In this document: positions 1 to 10,523 of the stretch, piece after piece
Layout of the letters: each line of letters starts with the position of its first letter
Position numbering within the stretch: position 1 is the first letter of the stretch
DNA from: Thermodesulfobacteriota bacterium
Lineage (GTDB): Bacteria; Desulfobacterota; Desulfarculia; JACQYL01
Length of the DNA: 64,000 nt
Assembly: GCA_963675595.2 (NCBI GenBank)
Contig: CAXXLZ010000002.1
Coordinates: 3,200,001 to 3,264,000 of the forward strand
Direction: 5' to 3'
Position numbers and translations under genes: made by a program
Notes under the pieces: generated by a model
Told to the model about the DNA's origin: nothing
What the model saw: only the letters and a program-made list of their open reading frames with translations
The model's database searches: none

Positions 1-175
1 TCATCTTCCAGGAATCGAAGTGTTCCAGATGACACATCTTGCATTGATCCGATCCCACGTACTTCTTGGGAGCGGCGGTGATCTTGTCTATGTCCACCGG
101 GGTTTCCGAACCACATGCGGAGAGGAAAACCATGACCATACAAAATGAAAGGAGCTTGGAAACGCCATTGACCAT
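1..175 (-). CDS. c-type cytochrome lipoprotein, N-terminal part (runs off the window; not in the ORF track)
   Basis: Manual translation MVNGVSKLLSFCMVMVFLSACGSETPVDIDKITAAPKKYVGSDQCKMCHLEHFDSWKM: lipobox LSAC, YVGSxxCxxCH heme motif, GAGGAGG RBS upstream. Confidence 0.8.
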   Translation of the reverse strand, partial: MVNGVSKLLSFCMVMVFLSACGSETPVDIDKITAAPKKYVGSDQCKMCHLEHFDSWKM

Positions 176-235
176 TATCCGCCTCCTCGGTCTTGCGATT
201 CCCAACACCTTGAAACAAAATGGGGAATCGCCCTG

Positions 236-1540
236 TCAGGAACAGTTCTCCTCGCCCGACGCACGCGCCTGCGAGGTTCCGGCGCGGCCCTCTTCCGGAT
301 TGTCGGGCTTCGGACCCAAATGAGACACGGGAGAGGACGCCTCATCCTCCGCGCTCATATTTTCCGCCATGACGTAAAGCCCGGCGATCCAGCTACCGAC
401 GGACCCGATCAAGGGGCCGATTCCCTTGATCTTGCTCAAATTCTCTTTCCGGACACCGGCTCGGGCCGCTTCCCAAAGGTAAGGCACCGCGTTCCACGCC
501 ATGGACAGGGTCAATGCGGTCTTCATGGGGGAGATTCTGAAGAACTTCAAGAAACCCAACAAGATGGTCAAACTTCCGGTGAGCTCTTTAGGCGAAGTGG
601 TGGCTGTCAACAGCAGACTTAGAATGATCAGATAATAAAGCCGAAAAGCAAAACGAAATCCTTGGATTACTCCTTCGCGGGTGATGGTGATGAAAGCTGT
701 TTCAAAAAGCGCTTCTCCCGAGCCGTGCATAAATACGGGGATGAGGAAAGCCGTAAGGATGAGAAAGAAACATCTCCGAGATCTTCGGATCAAGGAAGAG
801 AACGGTACATTGGACGAGAGGACGGCAATAATGAGGAAGGTCGTCAGAAACATCAGCACGGGCGCGTCGGTGGTGATTACGAGAAGGATCGAGATGAACA
901 CGGTCAACAAGATCTTGAGTTCCCCGGAAAGTCGGTGAACCAAAGAGCTTCCTTCCACGTAAAATCCTGAAAAGGTCCGGCCGGGTGCTTTCAAAGGGAA
1001 GGATGATGGTTTGAAGTCTTCAGGCTTCTCGAGACGAAGGCAAACGGCGCGGGCTATGGCGCCCGTGATCCATCCCGTGGCGACCGCTCCCAGGACCAGA
1101 TAGGGTAAGAAAACGAACACGCCTTTGTGCCTTACGAGCAACAGGTAGGCCAGGAGGAGCTGTACGGTATTATGACAGAGTGCGCCGAACACGCTGATTC
1201 CGATGAGACTGAAACGGTATCGCCGCGCGGAGCCGGAAGCCCGGTACAACAGCCCCATTACACACGTGGCGGCCACCCCCGCGGAAAAGCTCAACACAAA
1301 CGTGGGCGACATGAACGTGCCCATGAGGAACGAACTGAGAACCGTCCTGAGGATGGAAACCTGGAGAGCGGCCCGGAAACCGAGCGTCACCAGGGCCACA
1401 AGGCTGAGCATATTGGCCAACCCCAGCCGCAGGCCCGGTATGGGGTGAGGTACTGCGGATTCCATGATCTGGAGCACGCAGGAAAGAGAGACGAGCAGTG
1501 CGATCTGTTTGGTCCGATCGCTGATTACCCCTTGTTCCAT
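236..1540 (-). CDS. Gx transporter family domain fused to an ECF transporter T component (CbiQ/EcfT-like)
   Basis: N-terminal 'ESAVPHPIPGLRLGLAN...GALCHNTVQL' is the Gx/HepS-component-I pattern; the C-terminal half starts 'SLVHRLSGELKIL' and has 'TTSPKELTGSL', typical of EcfT. Confidence 0.75.
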   Translation of the reverse strand: MEQGVISDRTKQIALLVSLSCVLQIMESAVPHPIPGLRLGLANMLSLVALVTLGFRAALQVSILRTVLSSFLMGTFMSPTFVLSFSAGVAATCVMGLLYRASGSARRYRFSLIGISVFGALCHNTVQLLLAYLLLVRHKGVFVFLPYLVLGAVATGWITGAIARAVCLRLEKPEDFKPSSFPLKAPGRTFSGFYVEGSSLVHRLSGELKILLTVFISILLVITTDAPVLMFLTTFLIIAVLSSNVPFSSLIRRSRRCFFLILTAFLIPVFMHGSGEALFETAFITITREGVIQGFRFAFRLYYLIILSLLLTATTSPKELTGSLTILLGFLKFFRISPMKTALTLSMAWNAVPYLWEAARAGVRKENLSKIKGIGPLIGSVGSWIAGLYVMAENMSAEDEASSPVSHLGPKPDNPEEGRAGTSQARASGEENCS

Positions 1541-1557
1541 AGGAAAAGCCTCATGTG

Positions 1558-1965
1558 CTATCGAACAACCGCATCTAGAAACGACGTTTCATTTCCGGGT
1601 ATCTCAAGCAGGGTCTTATTGGGCACGCAGACGATGACTTCCCCGGGCAGGCTTATCCACCCGGTATGAACACAGATTTGCTTGGCGCAGTCCGAACGAA
1701 CCACCCTGACCCTGCCGTGGTCCACTTCAATTTCCATGTGGTTGCCGGGCAACGACTCACGGGCGTATCCGGTTATGTCGAGCTTTTTCACAAGGCGTCC
1801 TTCCTGATAAACCAACACCGACCTCGCAATACCGCTTCGACCGTTCGACCCCGGCTCGAGCCATAATATGGCGGCTATGCAGACGACGACCACCAGCGCA
1901 ATCAGCCACATTTCAAAAGACGTGGTTTTTCTTGACCGCGTTCCGATTTCAGGATTCTGATTCAT
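1558..1965 (-). CDS. NusG domain II-containing membrane-anchored protein
   Basis: One TM helix, then 'VRSDCAKQICVHTGWISLPGEVIVCVPNK'; start chosen at ATG 1965 (uncertain). Confidence 0.8.
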   Translation of the reverse strand: MNQNPEIGTRSRKTTSFEMWLIALVVVVCIAAILWLEPGSNGRSGIARSVLVYQEGRLVKKLDITGYARESLPGNHMEIEVDHGRVRVVRSDCAKQICVHTGWISLPGEVIVCVPNKTLLEIPGNETSFLDAVVR

Positions 1966-2460
1966 GGGAAAGTCGTTCCACGCAAAAACGGCCCCCATGT
2001 AGATTCGGCCACGGTTACGGGACCACAGGCAAAGCCGTTCGGCAACCGTAACCCCAATTCGAGAAAACCATCTTGAGTGCGCCCCGGACCGGAAAGACGT
2101 TCCTTCAACGACTTCAACGGAAGAGGAGCGTGAACCACGGCAGGATACGAGCACGCGCTAGCATGAGAGTACAACTCGAAGTCTCCGGAAAGGGCGGGCC
2201 CTGTCCGAAACCGCCGGCCCCAGAGGCCGGGGAAGAATGAATGTGAATCGGGGCTCGATCACGATCAATGGCTTCTCGGATCCGGTTCACTCGCCGCGGC
2301 GAATTGCGGGGCCTTCCCGAGAACCATTAGAACAGGCCCTGATTCGTTTCCATGTATTTGGTGGGAGGTTCAATGGAATTCCGCCGTACGGCTGGAAGCG
2401 GAGTTTTCAGATCTTTCGAAAACCCTTCTCGCCGAAACGAATCCAATGAATCTATAAGTC

Positions 2461-2503
2461 ATTTTGTTACACAAAATTTACGACATATCCTGGATGCAGT
2501 CAA
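2461..2503 (-). promoter_or_regulatory. sigma70-like promoter with overlapping palindromic operator candidate
   Basis: Minus strand TTGACT (2503-2498) - 17 nt - TAAATT (2480-2475); inverted repeat ATTTTGT-TAC-ACAAAAT at 2461-2477 overlaps the -10/+1 region. Confidence 0.5.
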
Positions 2504-2583
2504 GAGATTAATGGGGAACGCCTGCTGCTTCGGGTTTTTTCCTTCTTCCCCTGCATAGACCGAGGTTCGACGCAAGCACCGCG

Positions 2584-4278
2584 TCATTTTCGACGAAAGG
2601 CCAGATAATAGGGCTCCCGCAGCCTATGAAAGACTTCCCGCTTCTTAGCGTGTAAGATCATTTCGAAGATGTCGTCGGGCTCGGGATCCTGGAGAGACCA
2701 TCCGCAGGGAACCACATCGTATTCTTCGATGGCCAGCTTCTTTTTCGGAAGATCGGAAAGCACGAGTATGCCGTGCTCTTGGATACCCGGCGGTATGGGA
2801 CCGAAGGGCCTGGATTCCAAGTCTATTTTTCCGCCGGACAGGACGCGAATCTGGCCGGCGTAGTCGTCTTTGACGAAGAGGGCCATGGCGTTCGATACGC
2901 CTTCGGGCCGCCGTTCCAAGATGCATTCCGCCATGCGAGGCGCGGGAGACACGTGAAACACGGGGCGCACCAGAAACTCGAATCCGGCTATGGCTAAAAG
3001 AATGAACAAACCGATTCCGATGTGGGGAGCCGGTTTCCCTTTTTTCAACCCGAAGTGGAACAGACCGTAGGCTCCGGCGGCCATCACGACGCCGAGTACG
3101 GCGAACCGGGTATCGATCAGGATACCCATGGGGATGCTCAATAACGCACCGACACCGGTCAACACGCAGCAGAAAAGCACGACGTACCGAATGACGGCGG
3201 AGGATAGCCGTTCGCTCGCAAGCCTCACGGTTAAAGCGCCGAGAAAAGAGGCCATGAAAGGATACGCGGGGAGCATGTAGCGTGTTCGATTGATGTTTCC
3301 GGCAAGGAACATGGTGAGGAGGAAGGCATACCACCCCATGATGAAGAGAACGGGCTTTCTGTTACGACGGACAAATTCGACCACGGTCTTCCGGTTCAGC
3401 AGAAGCCCGGCCGGGACGAATAGAGACCAGGGGAAGAAGTGTCGCATCCAGCCCCAGGCGTAGGTCTGCAGGTTGGATAGCACAGTGGAAAAACGAGAGC
3501 CGATGAAACGCGTTCCCACCTGATCGGACGTGAATCCCAGAAGAGCCCCTTCCCCGTGTTCCAAAGCCATGGCAACGAACCAGGAACCCGCCACCAGCGC
3601 GGCCAATACCATCACCTTCACGTGAATCAGTCGTGGGAAGGCCCCGCTCCGCCTCAAAAAGAGCAAGGCGACGAAAAATGCGTACGCCACTGCGGCCAAG
3701 CCCAAGAATCCCTTGGCCTCCACCGCGAGAGCAGCTCCCAGATAGGCGGCTAGGTAGTGGAGGGTGGATCGATCCGGGTCCATGAGTATCCGGCTGAATC
3801 CGTACAAGCTGGTGCAAAGAAATAGGCAGAGCAGTACATCGGGAGTGGACCTGATGGAAGATGAGATAAGCGTGACATTGCCGCACATGACTGCGGCGGC
3901 CGCGAACGCCTCGTTTCCGCCGCGGAAGAAAAACCATGTCAAGCGATAGGTCAACCAGACAATCAAGGCCCCCGCCACTAGAAAAGGAAGACGGGAAGCC
4001 GTGTAATTCACCCCGAACAATTTGTAGGAGGCCACGATCAACCAATAGGTCAAAATCGGCTTCTCCGTGCGTAGAGCTCCGTCGGAGAACCTGGGGCTCA
4101 GATAGTCTCCCGTTCGGACCATGTGTACGGCGGCATCCGTATAGAATCGCTCGTCGTCATGGTAGGTGGTCACCCGAGACAGGATGGGCAGAAGAAAAGC
4201 GAAAAATAATACCGCCAATATTATGGACGCAACCCGACGGGTGACCTGTTCCCCTTGACCGTTGGAAAAGCTCTTCAT
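2584..4278 (-). CDS. ArnT/PMT-family (GT39/GT83-like) membrane glycosyltransferase
   Basis: 'DERFYTDAAVHMVRTGDYLSPR...EKPILTYW', 'KGFLG', many TM helices. Confidence 0.8.
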   Translation of the reverse strand: MKSFSNGQGEQVTRRVASIILAVLFFAFLLPILSRVTTYHDDERFYTDAAVHMVRTGDYLSPRFSDGALRTEKPILTYWLIVASYKLFGVNYTASRLPFLVAGALIVWLTYRLTWFFFRGGNEAFAAAAVMCGNVTLISSSIRSTPDVLLCLFLCTSLYGFSRILMDPDRSTLHYLAAYLGAALAVEAKGFLGLAAVAYAFFVALLFLRRSGAFPRLIHVKVMVLAALVAGSWFVAMALEHGEGALLGFTSDQVGTRFIGSRFSTVLSNLQTYAWGWMRHFFPWSLFVPAGLLLNRKTVVEFVRRNRKPVLFIMGWYAFLLTMFLAGNINRTRYMLPAYPFMASFLGALTVRLASERLSSAVIRYVVLFCCVLTGVGALLSIPMGILIDTRFAVLGVVMAAGAYGLFHFGLKKGKPAPHIGIGLFILLAIAGFEFLVRPVFHVSPAPRMAECILERRPEGVSNAMALFVKDDYAGQIRVLSGGKIDLESRPFGPIPPGIQEHGILVLSDLPKKKLAIEEYDVVPCGWSLQDPEPDDIFEMILHAKKREVFHRLREPYYLAFRRK

Positions 4279-4541
4279 GCTGATGCCGTTTCTTCGTTAA
4301 TTCGAGCTCAATGTATCGTCGTTGGAGAAGGAATCCTCTCTGGAAATCCGAGCCCAAGCCCTTGCCGGAAGAGCGCTTCGGCTTGTGCCGTTCGAATGCC
4401 GAATGCTCTTAGGCACTGTGGGCGGGCCTTTCATGGAATATCCTCGTAGATATCCCGATATCGGTTTGCAGCGGTCGCGATTCTCCTCTGCTGAAAAGCG
4501 ACCGGAACCCGGCCGTTGATCGGAGCGGTCGGGGAAGGCCG

Positions 4542-5000
4542 TCACTTTTCAGTGGGCATCAGGGTTCTCAGTACGTCTTCCTTGCCGACGACGCCCACCA
4601 ACTTCCCTCCCTGCACCACGGGAATGGTGTGGAACTTTCTTTCGACCATCAACGTGGCCACTTCTTCCACCGTGGTTTCAGGGCCGACGGTAAAAGGGTT
4701 GGGGGTCATGGCGTCCCCCACGGTCGACGCGGCGATCTTGCGGACTTCCCGATCCATATCCTTCCATGAGGTCAAGGGGATGAACGAGTCAAGAATTGTA
4801 AATACCGAGGGCAACGGAATGCGTTTCTGTTGACTGATCAAGTCACTTTGACAAAGGATGCCCACGAGTTTGCCGCGGTCGTCAACCACGGGCAGTCCGT
4901 TGATGTGCTTTTCGAGTAGGATTCCGGCGGCCCGGGCGACTTCGGTGTCCGGAGTGACCGTAACGGGGTCCTTGGTCATGATATCTTCTACCTTGAGCAT
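4542..5000 (-). CDS. CBS-pair domain protein
   Basis: Two CBS motifs ('VEDIMTKDPVTV...LPVVD...LVGI', 'VGDAMTPNPFTV'). Confidence 0.9.
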   Translation of the reverse strand: MLKVEDIMTKDPVTVTPDTEVARAAGILLEKHINGLPVVDDRGKLVGILCQSDLISQQKRIPLPSVFTILDSFIPLTSWKDMDREVRKIAASTVGDAMTPNPFTVGPETTVEEVATLMVERKFHTIPVVQGGKLVGVVGKEDVLRTLMPTEK

Positions 5001-5325
5001 GTCGTCACCTCAATTGGGTCCCCGTGATCTCGGGGACGCAAAACGATTGTTCTCCGCATGCGGTCGGCGCCCGCGATACGGGAATAACGCTCCCTGAGCC
5101 CCGCCCGGAGGGGGTGGGACTTGAATCGAGCGTCGGTCATAGTTTCCTTCCGGGGTCGGCACATGGTAGCCTGATTCGGAAATCGCTTCAAGGTTTGGGA
5201 TTGGGACGGGACCGGTTCGCTCGCGACGTCGGGGTACCCGGACCAAATACTCCTTGCATCGAAATCGGCATGGAAGTCATAATTCGGATAATCACAGACA
5301 AATGATGCAAAGGACGGAGGCAAAG

Positions 5326-6096
5326 ATGGGAAACCGGAGAACAGCGTTGGTGCTTGCGACGGTCTTTTGTTTGGCGAGTCTTGCGGCTTGCGGATTGGTT
5401 CCGAAAAAGAAGCCGACACCCGTCATAGGCGAGGCGCCTCCGGGGCGTGAGAGGGGATACGCGGTCGAAGGCAAGGTCTATTATCCCTTGAAGCACGCCG
5501 AAGGTTTTGAGGAGACGGGGACTGCATCCTGGTACGGCCGGGATTTCCACGGGAGAAAGACCTCCAACGGCGAGACGTACAACATGTACGCCCTGAGTGC
5601 CGCCCATCAAATCCTGCCTTTCGACACGGTCGTGTTGGTGCGCAACCTTCAAAACGGCCGGCAAGTCAAGGCCCGAATCAATGATCGCGGTCCTTTCGTG
5701 GCCGGCCGCATCATCGATTTATCCTATGCCGCCGCCAAAGAGCTCGGAATGCTTGAGTCCGGCACGGCGCGGGTCCAAGTGACGGCGTTGGGAAAAGAAA
5801 GAATTGCGCTCCAAGAAGGGAGCACCGAAGTGGTTTACGTGCCCGAGCCCGACTATTCGGTGGGGCATTTTTCCGTGCAGATTGGATCCTTCGCTTCGAA
5901 AGACAACGCACAACGTTTGGTGGAGAAGGTAAAGACCACTTTCGAGGACGCCTACATCAACGAATTCGACCGTGGGGATCTGATTTTCTACCAGGTTCGT
6001 GTCGCCAGGACTACAACACTGGATGCCGCGAGAGAAAAGGTCAATGAGGTAAGAGCCATGGGGTTCGCCGATTCCTTCGCAGTCGCGGACCAATAG
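5326..6096 (+). CDS. rlpA: RlpA lytic transglycosylase lipoprotein with SPOR domain
   Basis: Lipobox LAAC; 'GTASWYGRDFHGRKTSNGE', 'INDRGPF', 'RIIDLS'; C-terminal SPOR 'VQIGSF'. GGAGG RBS before ATG 5326. Confidence 0.9.
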   Translation: MGNRRTALVLATVFCLASLAACGLVPKKKPTPVIGEAPPGRERGYAVEGKVYYPLKHAEGFEETGTASWYGRDFHGRKTSNGETYNMYALSAAHQILPFDTVVLVRNLQNGRQVKARINDRGPFVAGRIIDLSYAAAKELGMLESGTARVQVTALGKERIALQEGSTEVVYVPEPDYSVGHFSVQIGSFASKDNAQRLVEKVKTTFEDAYINEFDRGDLIFYQVRVARTTTLDAAREKVNEVRAMGFADSFAVADQ

Positions 6097-6302
6097 ACCG
6101 GCAAAGCATGTACCGCATACCGAAGGGGATCGCACCAACGGAAGGCCATGGACGATTTCTCCGCGCCCGGAGCGTCGGCAACCTATGTGACCGGATTTCC
6201 GTGGTGATAGGGCAGATTTGAGGATGCGGGCGAACTCTCCGCTCCAGGGCCGAAGACTTTCGGCGGGCCGGCGACGCCGCGATCCTTCCGGGGAACGCCG
6301 CG

Positions 6303-6596
6303 CTATTCCTCCAAGCCCGGATTCATCTTCTTCCGGAGTACCCCGGAAGTCTTGAACACAACCACTTTTCTAGCCCTGAGCTGCAGGTCCTCCTTGGTCT
6401 GGGGGTTCCGGCCTCGGCGAGCTTTCTTGTCTTTAACCATGAACTTGCCGAATCCGCTGATCAGAAGATCGTCGCCCTCTTCCAGGGTCGATTTGATCAA
6501 TTCGAGCAGTCTCTCAACAACGCGCCGGGCCTGGCTCTTGCTGAGGCCGACCTGTTCGTAGACATTGTTGATGATCTTGTCTTTGGTCAAAGCCAT
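6303..6596 (-). CDS. Integration host factor alpha-like subunit (second paralog)
   Basis: 'ISGFGKFMVKDKKARRGRNPQT' HU/IHF signature. Confidence 0.85.
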   Translation of the reverse strand: MALTKDKIINNVYEQVGLSKSQARRVVERLLELIKSTLEEGDDLLISGFGKFMVKDKKARRGRNPQTKEDLQLRARKVVVFKTSGVLRKKMNPGLEE

Positions 6597-6727
6597 CGGC
6601 CCTTTCTCCTTTCCTGACCTGAAGGAACCTCATCCCGTCCGATCTCCTATGCCTCACAAGTCATGGAAGTGTCAAGCTTTTTTTGGTTGCTGAACGGAAT
6701 CGAGGGAAAAAGGCCTGCCGTTGTCCG

Positions 6728-7219
6728 TTATAATCGCCCAAATCTCTCTTTCAGCTTGTCATGTATGTATGGAGGAACGAAGCTGGAAACCTCCGCGCCG
6801 AGCTTTGCAGCGTCTTTGATAATGGTCGAGCTGATGTAGAACCATTTGTAATCCGTCATGAGAAATATGGATTGCACTCTCGGATTCAATTTTCGGTTCA
6901 TCAGGGCCAATTGGAATTCGTATTCGAAGTCCGAGGATCCGCGAATTCCTCGAAGAATGGCGTTGGAATTCTTCCGGACTACGTACTCCACGGTCAGGCC
7001 GCTGAAACTGTCCACCTCGACTCGGTCGTTGCCTTCCATAACCTTCCTGATCATGGACAGGCGTTCCGCCACGGAAAACAATGGCTTCTTGCCGGGATTC
7101 TCGGCAATGGCGATTATCACCGTGTCAAACAGAGTCAACGCGCGATTTACGAGGGAGAGGTGGCCGTTGGTGAAAGGATCGAAGGTACCTGGGTACACGA
7201 TGATTCGTCCGTTAGCCAT
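6728..7219 (-). CDS. coaD: Phosphopantetheine adenylyltransferase
   Basis: 'YPGTFDPFTNGH', 'DFEYEFQLALMNR', 'ISST'. Confidence 0.95.
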   Translation of the reverse strand: MANGRIIVYPGTFDPFTNGHLSLVNRALTLFDTVIIAIAENPGKKPLFSVAERLSMIRKVMEGNDRVEVDSFSGLTVEYVVRKNSNAILRGIRGSSDFEYEFQLALMNRKLNPRVQSIFLMTDYKWFYISSTIIKDAAKLGAEVSSFVPPYIHDKLKERFGRL

Positions 7220-7240
7220 GGGACTCCTTTCCAGGTCTAT

Positions 7241-7792
7241 TCATATTCCAATGAATAGGGAAACGCAGCTTTGTCCATAGTTGCGGGTTTCGGAATGCCG
7301 CAGCCGGATCGTTGGTTCTCCGAGGCTTTCCCTCGGGGAATGCTCGACGACCACGAGCGCGTCATTTGCGAGGATACCCGCCGAATCCAACCCTGCCAAC
7401 GTGGGAGCAACCAAGCCTTGATCGTAAGGCGGGTCGGCGAATGCCAAATCGAATGCGATGTTCAATTTTGCCGCCGAGCCCAATCCGTTGGGGAGGTCGG
7501 AACGGAGAAGACGCACTTGGTCCCTTACTCCGCAAAGGGAAATGTTCTTTCGGATGACTTCCAGCGAGCGCGGACTCCGATCCACCAGGACGGACAAAGA
7601 AGCTCCTCGGCTGATTGCTTCCAGCGACAGCACGCCGGTGCCGGCGAAGAGATCAAGTACGGCGTAATCCGTCAGATCTTGTCCAATGATGCTGAAAATC
7701 GCTTCGCGAACATGATCCGGAGTCGGTCTGATAATCAGACCCTTGATCGGAGAAAGCCTCCTCCCTTTGAATCTCCCTCCGGTAATTCTCAA
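7241..7792 (-). CDS. rsmD: 16S rRNA m2G966 methyltransferase
   Basis: 'MRITGGRFKGR', 'LDLFAGTG', 'DPPY'; usual rsmD-coaD order. Confidence 0.92.
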   Translation of the reverse strand: MRITGGRFKGRRLSPIKGLIIRPTPDHVREAIFSIIGQDLTDYAVLDLFAGTGVLSLEAISRGASLSVLVDRSPRSLEVIRKNISLCGVRDQVRLLRSDLPNGLGSAAKLNIAFDLAFADPPYDQGLVAPTLAGLDSAGILANDALVVVEHSPRESLGEPTIRLRHSETRNYGQSCVSLFIGI

Positions 7793-7935
7793 GAATTCCC
7801 TCTGCGTCTCCGAAATTCAAAGCTCTCTTATTCGAAGCGTCGACGGTTGTCAACGGGGTATTGTGGAAATTTCCGACGGTTGGCCGGCGGCGGCCGGAAA
7901 AAGTGCCGGAAGTTGCGTTTGAGGGCGGGACTGAT

Positions 7936-8598
7936 TCAGGAGGAAATGCGGGTCAGCGCTTTTCGGACTAGATTTCTGGAGTTTTCGAGCATGACCGTGA
8001 AATGATTTTCCGTCAGGCCGGCGCCGAGAACCACGGATCGAGCGAACGTCTCACTAATGAGGTCCCCGGGACTGTGGGCGTCGGTGTTCAACACCATCTT
8101 GGCGCCCGTTCTTTCCGCCAGACGAGCGACCCTGCCGTTACCCAGGGAATGTCCTTTTCTTGCCGTGATTTCAAGATGAACGCCCATGCGGACAGCCAAC
8201 AGAGCCTCCTCTTCCGTCAAGAGGCCGGGATGCGCCAGTATATCCACTCCCGCCTCGATGGCGGCGAGGTTGGTTCCCGCAGGAACGGGTTCCACGATCG
8301 TTTCGCCGTGAGCCAGCACAAGACATGCTCCCATCCCGTAGGCCTCGCGAGTGAGCTCAGGGATCAGCTGGGGCGGGACGTGGGTCAACTCGATCCCGGC
8401 CAACGCCTGCACTTGGGAGAAACGGTTCACCCGTTCCGTCACGTGCAGAATTCGGGGAATCACCCAGTCGAGATTGGAATCGTCGGCATGGTCGGTGATG
8501 GCAATGTATTCATAGCCCAGCGCGTTGAAACGACTGATGAGCTCTGAGGGCAACAACTCGCCGTCGCTGAAAAGGGAGTGCGTATGCAGGTCAATCAT
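7936..8598 (-). CDS. PHP-family (histidinol-phosphatase-like) phosphoesterase
   Basis: 'DLHTHS', 'ITDH', 'NTDAH'. Confidence 0.85.
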   Translation of the reverse strand: MIDLHTHSLFSDGELLPSELISRFNALGYEYIAITDHADDSNLDWVIPRILHVTERVNRFSQVQALAGIELTHVPPQLIPELTREAYGMGACLVLAHGETIVEPVPAGTNLAAIEAGVDILAHPGLLTEEEALLAVRMGVHLEITARKGHSLGNGRVARLAERTGAKMVLNTDAHSPGDLISETFARSVVLGAGLTENHFTVMLENSRNLVRKALTRISS

Positions 8599-8685
8599 TT
8601 CTCACGTCGATTCTGAAAGGTGATCAAGGTTCACGACCGGGGAAAAGGAGAGCCGCAGTATCGGGCCAACGGGGAAAAGCTCGGA

Positions 8686-9183
8686 TTACATTTTGTACTT
8701 TCCAAAGTCTTCCGGATCCATCTTCTCGAGGATCTCCGTCCACTTCTTGCCTTCTTCACCCTGGACGGACTCCTTGTATTGCGGTTCGAGATTCTTGGAT
8801 TTCTGAAACACGACCTCGTTGACGAGAATGGGACATCGGGCGCGGAGAGCTATGGCGATGGCATCCGAGGGCCTGGCGTCAATGGTGACCTCTTTCCCTT
8901 GAACGTCAAAGAAGATGATGGCGAAATAGGTATTGTCCTTTAAATCACATATTTCGATCCGGACGACTTTGACTCCAAGGATGTCCATGGTGTTCTTGTA
9001 CAAATCGTGAGTCATGGGCCTGGAGAACTGGACCTTCTCCAGTTCGCTGGCGATGGCCGTGGCTTCGAGCAATCCGATCCAGATAGGGATGACCTGTTCC
9101 CCATCTTTTTCCTTCAGGATCAGGATGGGACTGTTGGTCATAGGGTCCACGGTCAGCCCAGTTACGGTCATTTCTAATGCCAT
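8686..9183 (-). CDS. Bifunctional nuclease family (DUF151) protein
   Basis: 'IPIWIGLLEA', 'RPMTHDL', 'DARPSDAIAIALR'. Confidence 0.9.
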   Translation of the reverse strand: MALEMTVTGLTVDPMTNSPILILKEKDGEQVIPIWIGLLEATAIASELEKVQFSRPMTHDLYKNTMDILGVKVVRIEICDLKDNTYFAIIFFDVQGKEVTIDARPSDAIAIALRARCPILVNEVVFQKSKNLEPQYKESVQGEEGKKWTEILEKMDPEDFGKYKM

Positions 9184-10523
9184 GGCGCATTTCCTCCTGA
9201 TGCTGGGGTGGCCGGTCTTCCTCGGAGTGAGTGCAGCAGACCCTCTTCGATGAGTATGGGAACCATTGTTCCGATTAGGGAATCGCTTCCCTGGAAGTTA
9301 ACCACCTGGTTTCCCCCGGTCCTTCCGGACATCTGGAATCGGTGCTTTTTGCTCCGGCTTTCCACGAGAATTTGTTCCATCCGGCCCTCGAACCTGCGGT
9401 TTCTCTCCAGCGTGATCTCGTTCTGCAATGCCTGCAGGGCGGTCAGGCGTCGAGCTTTTTCCGATTCGGCAATCTTTCCGGAAAAGCCGGAGGCCTTGGC
9501 GGGGTAACGATCGGAATATTTAAAAGAAAAGGCCCCGTCGTACCGGATTTGTCGCATGGCTTCCAACGTTTGCTGGAAATCCTCCTCCGTTTCCCCGGGA
9601 AAGCCCACAATCAAATCGGTGGTGATGCTGATGTCCGGAAGGATTCTCCTGAGGTCCTGAACTTTGGCCAGATATTGCGCGAAGGTGTATTTGCGGTTCA
9701 TCCTCTTGAGCACGGAATCCGACCCGCTCTGCAAAGGGAGATGGATGTGGGGGCAGAGCTTTTCCAGACGACCGAAGCATTCGATGAGTTCGGGCGACAA
9801 GTCTTTAGGATGGCTGGTCGTGAACCGAATTCGGTCGAGACCCTCCAACCGGTTCAAGGCTCCGAGCAGCGTAACGAATCCCTCATCGCCGTCCGGTGAT
9901 TGATAGGAATTGACATTCTGTCCCAGAAGGGTCACTTCGCGGGTACCGGTCTGAATCGCAGATTCGATCTCTCCCAGAATGGCCGCCAAGGTACGGCTCA
10001 TCTCGCGGCCTCGCACGTGGGGAACTACGCAGAAGGTGCAGAAATTATTGCAGCCCCGCATGATGGTCACAAGGGCGGTGATTTTCTTGTTGGGCGGTTT
10101 GACCTTTTCCCATTCGGGTCGGTCGAAGCGGTAAGTGAAGTCGGTGAAACATCTGGAACCGGACCCGCTTGAAAGGTCTCCGATAATCTCCGGTAAATCG
10201 AACAAAGCGTGAGTTCCGAAAACGAAGTCCAGGAACTCGGCCCGTTCAAGAAGTCGGGAACCCTCCTGCTGGGCGACGCAACCTCCGACACCGATCAAGA
10301 GGGAGGGATTGCGTTCTTTTAGAGGTTTGAGCCTCCCCAACAGACTGTAAACCTTTTGCTCGGCTTTCTCCCGAATGCTGCACGTGTTGATGAGAATAAG
10401 GTCGGCCTCACGGATTTCCTCCGTCTTACTGTAGCCGACGGGTGCCAGAATCTGTTCGACTTTGCCTGAGTCGTACTCGTTCATCTGGCATCCAAAAGTG
10501 GTGATGTGAAATCTCTTAGCCAT
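9174..10523 (-). CDS. miaB: tRNA ms2i6A methylthiotransferase
   Basis: 'TFGCQMNEYDS', 'NTCSIREKAEQK', CxxxCxxC 'CNNFCTFC', C-terminal TRAM-like region. Confidence 0.95.
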   Translation of the reverse strand: MAKRFHITTFGCQMNEYDSGKVEQILAPVGYSKTEEIREADLILINTCSIREKAEQKVYSLLGRLKPLKERNPSLLIGVGGCVAQQEGSRLLERAEFLDFVFGTHALFDLPEIIGDLSSGSGSRCFTDFTYRFDRPEWEKVKPPNKKITALVTIMRGCNNFCTFCVVPHVRGREMSRTLAAILGEIESAIQTGTREVTLLGQNVNSYQSPDGDEGFVTLLGALNRLEGLDRIRFTTSHPKDLSPELIECFGRLEKLCPHIHLPLQSGSDSVLKRMNRKYTFAQYLAKVQDLRRILPDISITTDLIVGFPGETEEDFQQTLEAMRQIRYDGAFSFKYSDRYPAKASGFSGKIAESEKARRLTALQALQNEITLERNRRFEGRMEQILVESRSKKHRFQMSGRTGGNQVVNFQGSDSLIGTMVPILIEEGLLHSLRGRPATPASGGNAPWH

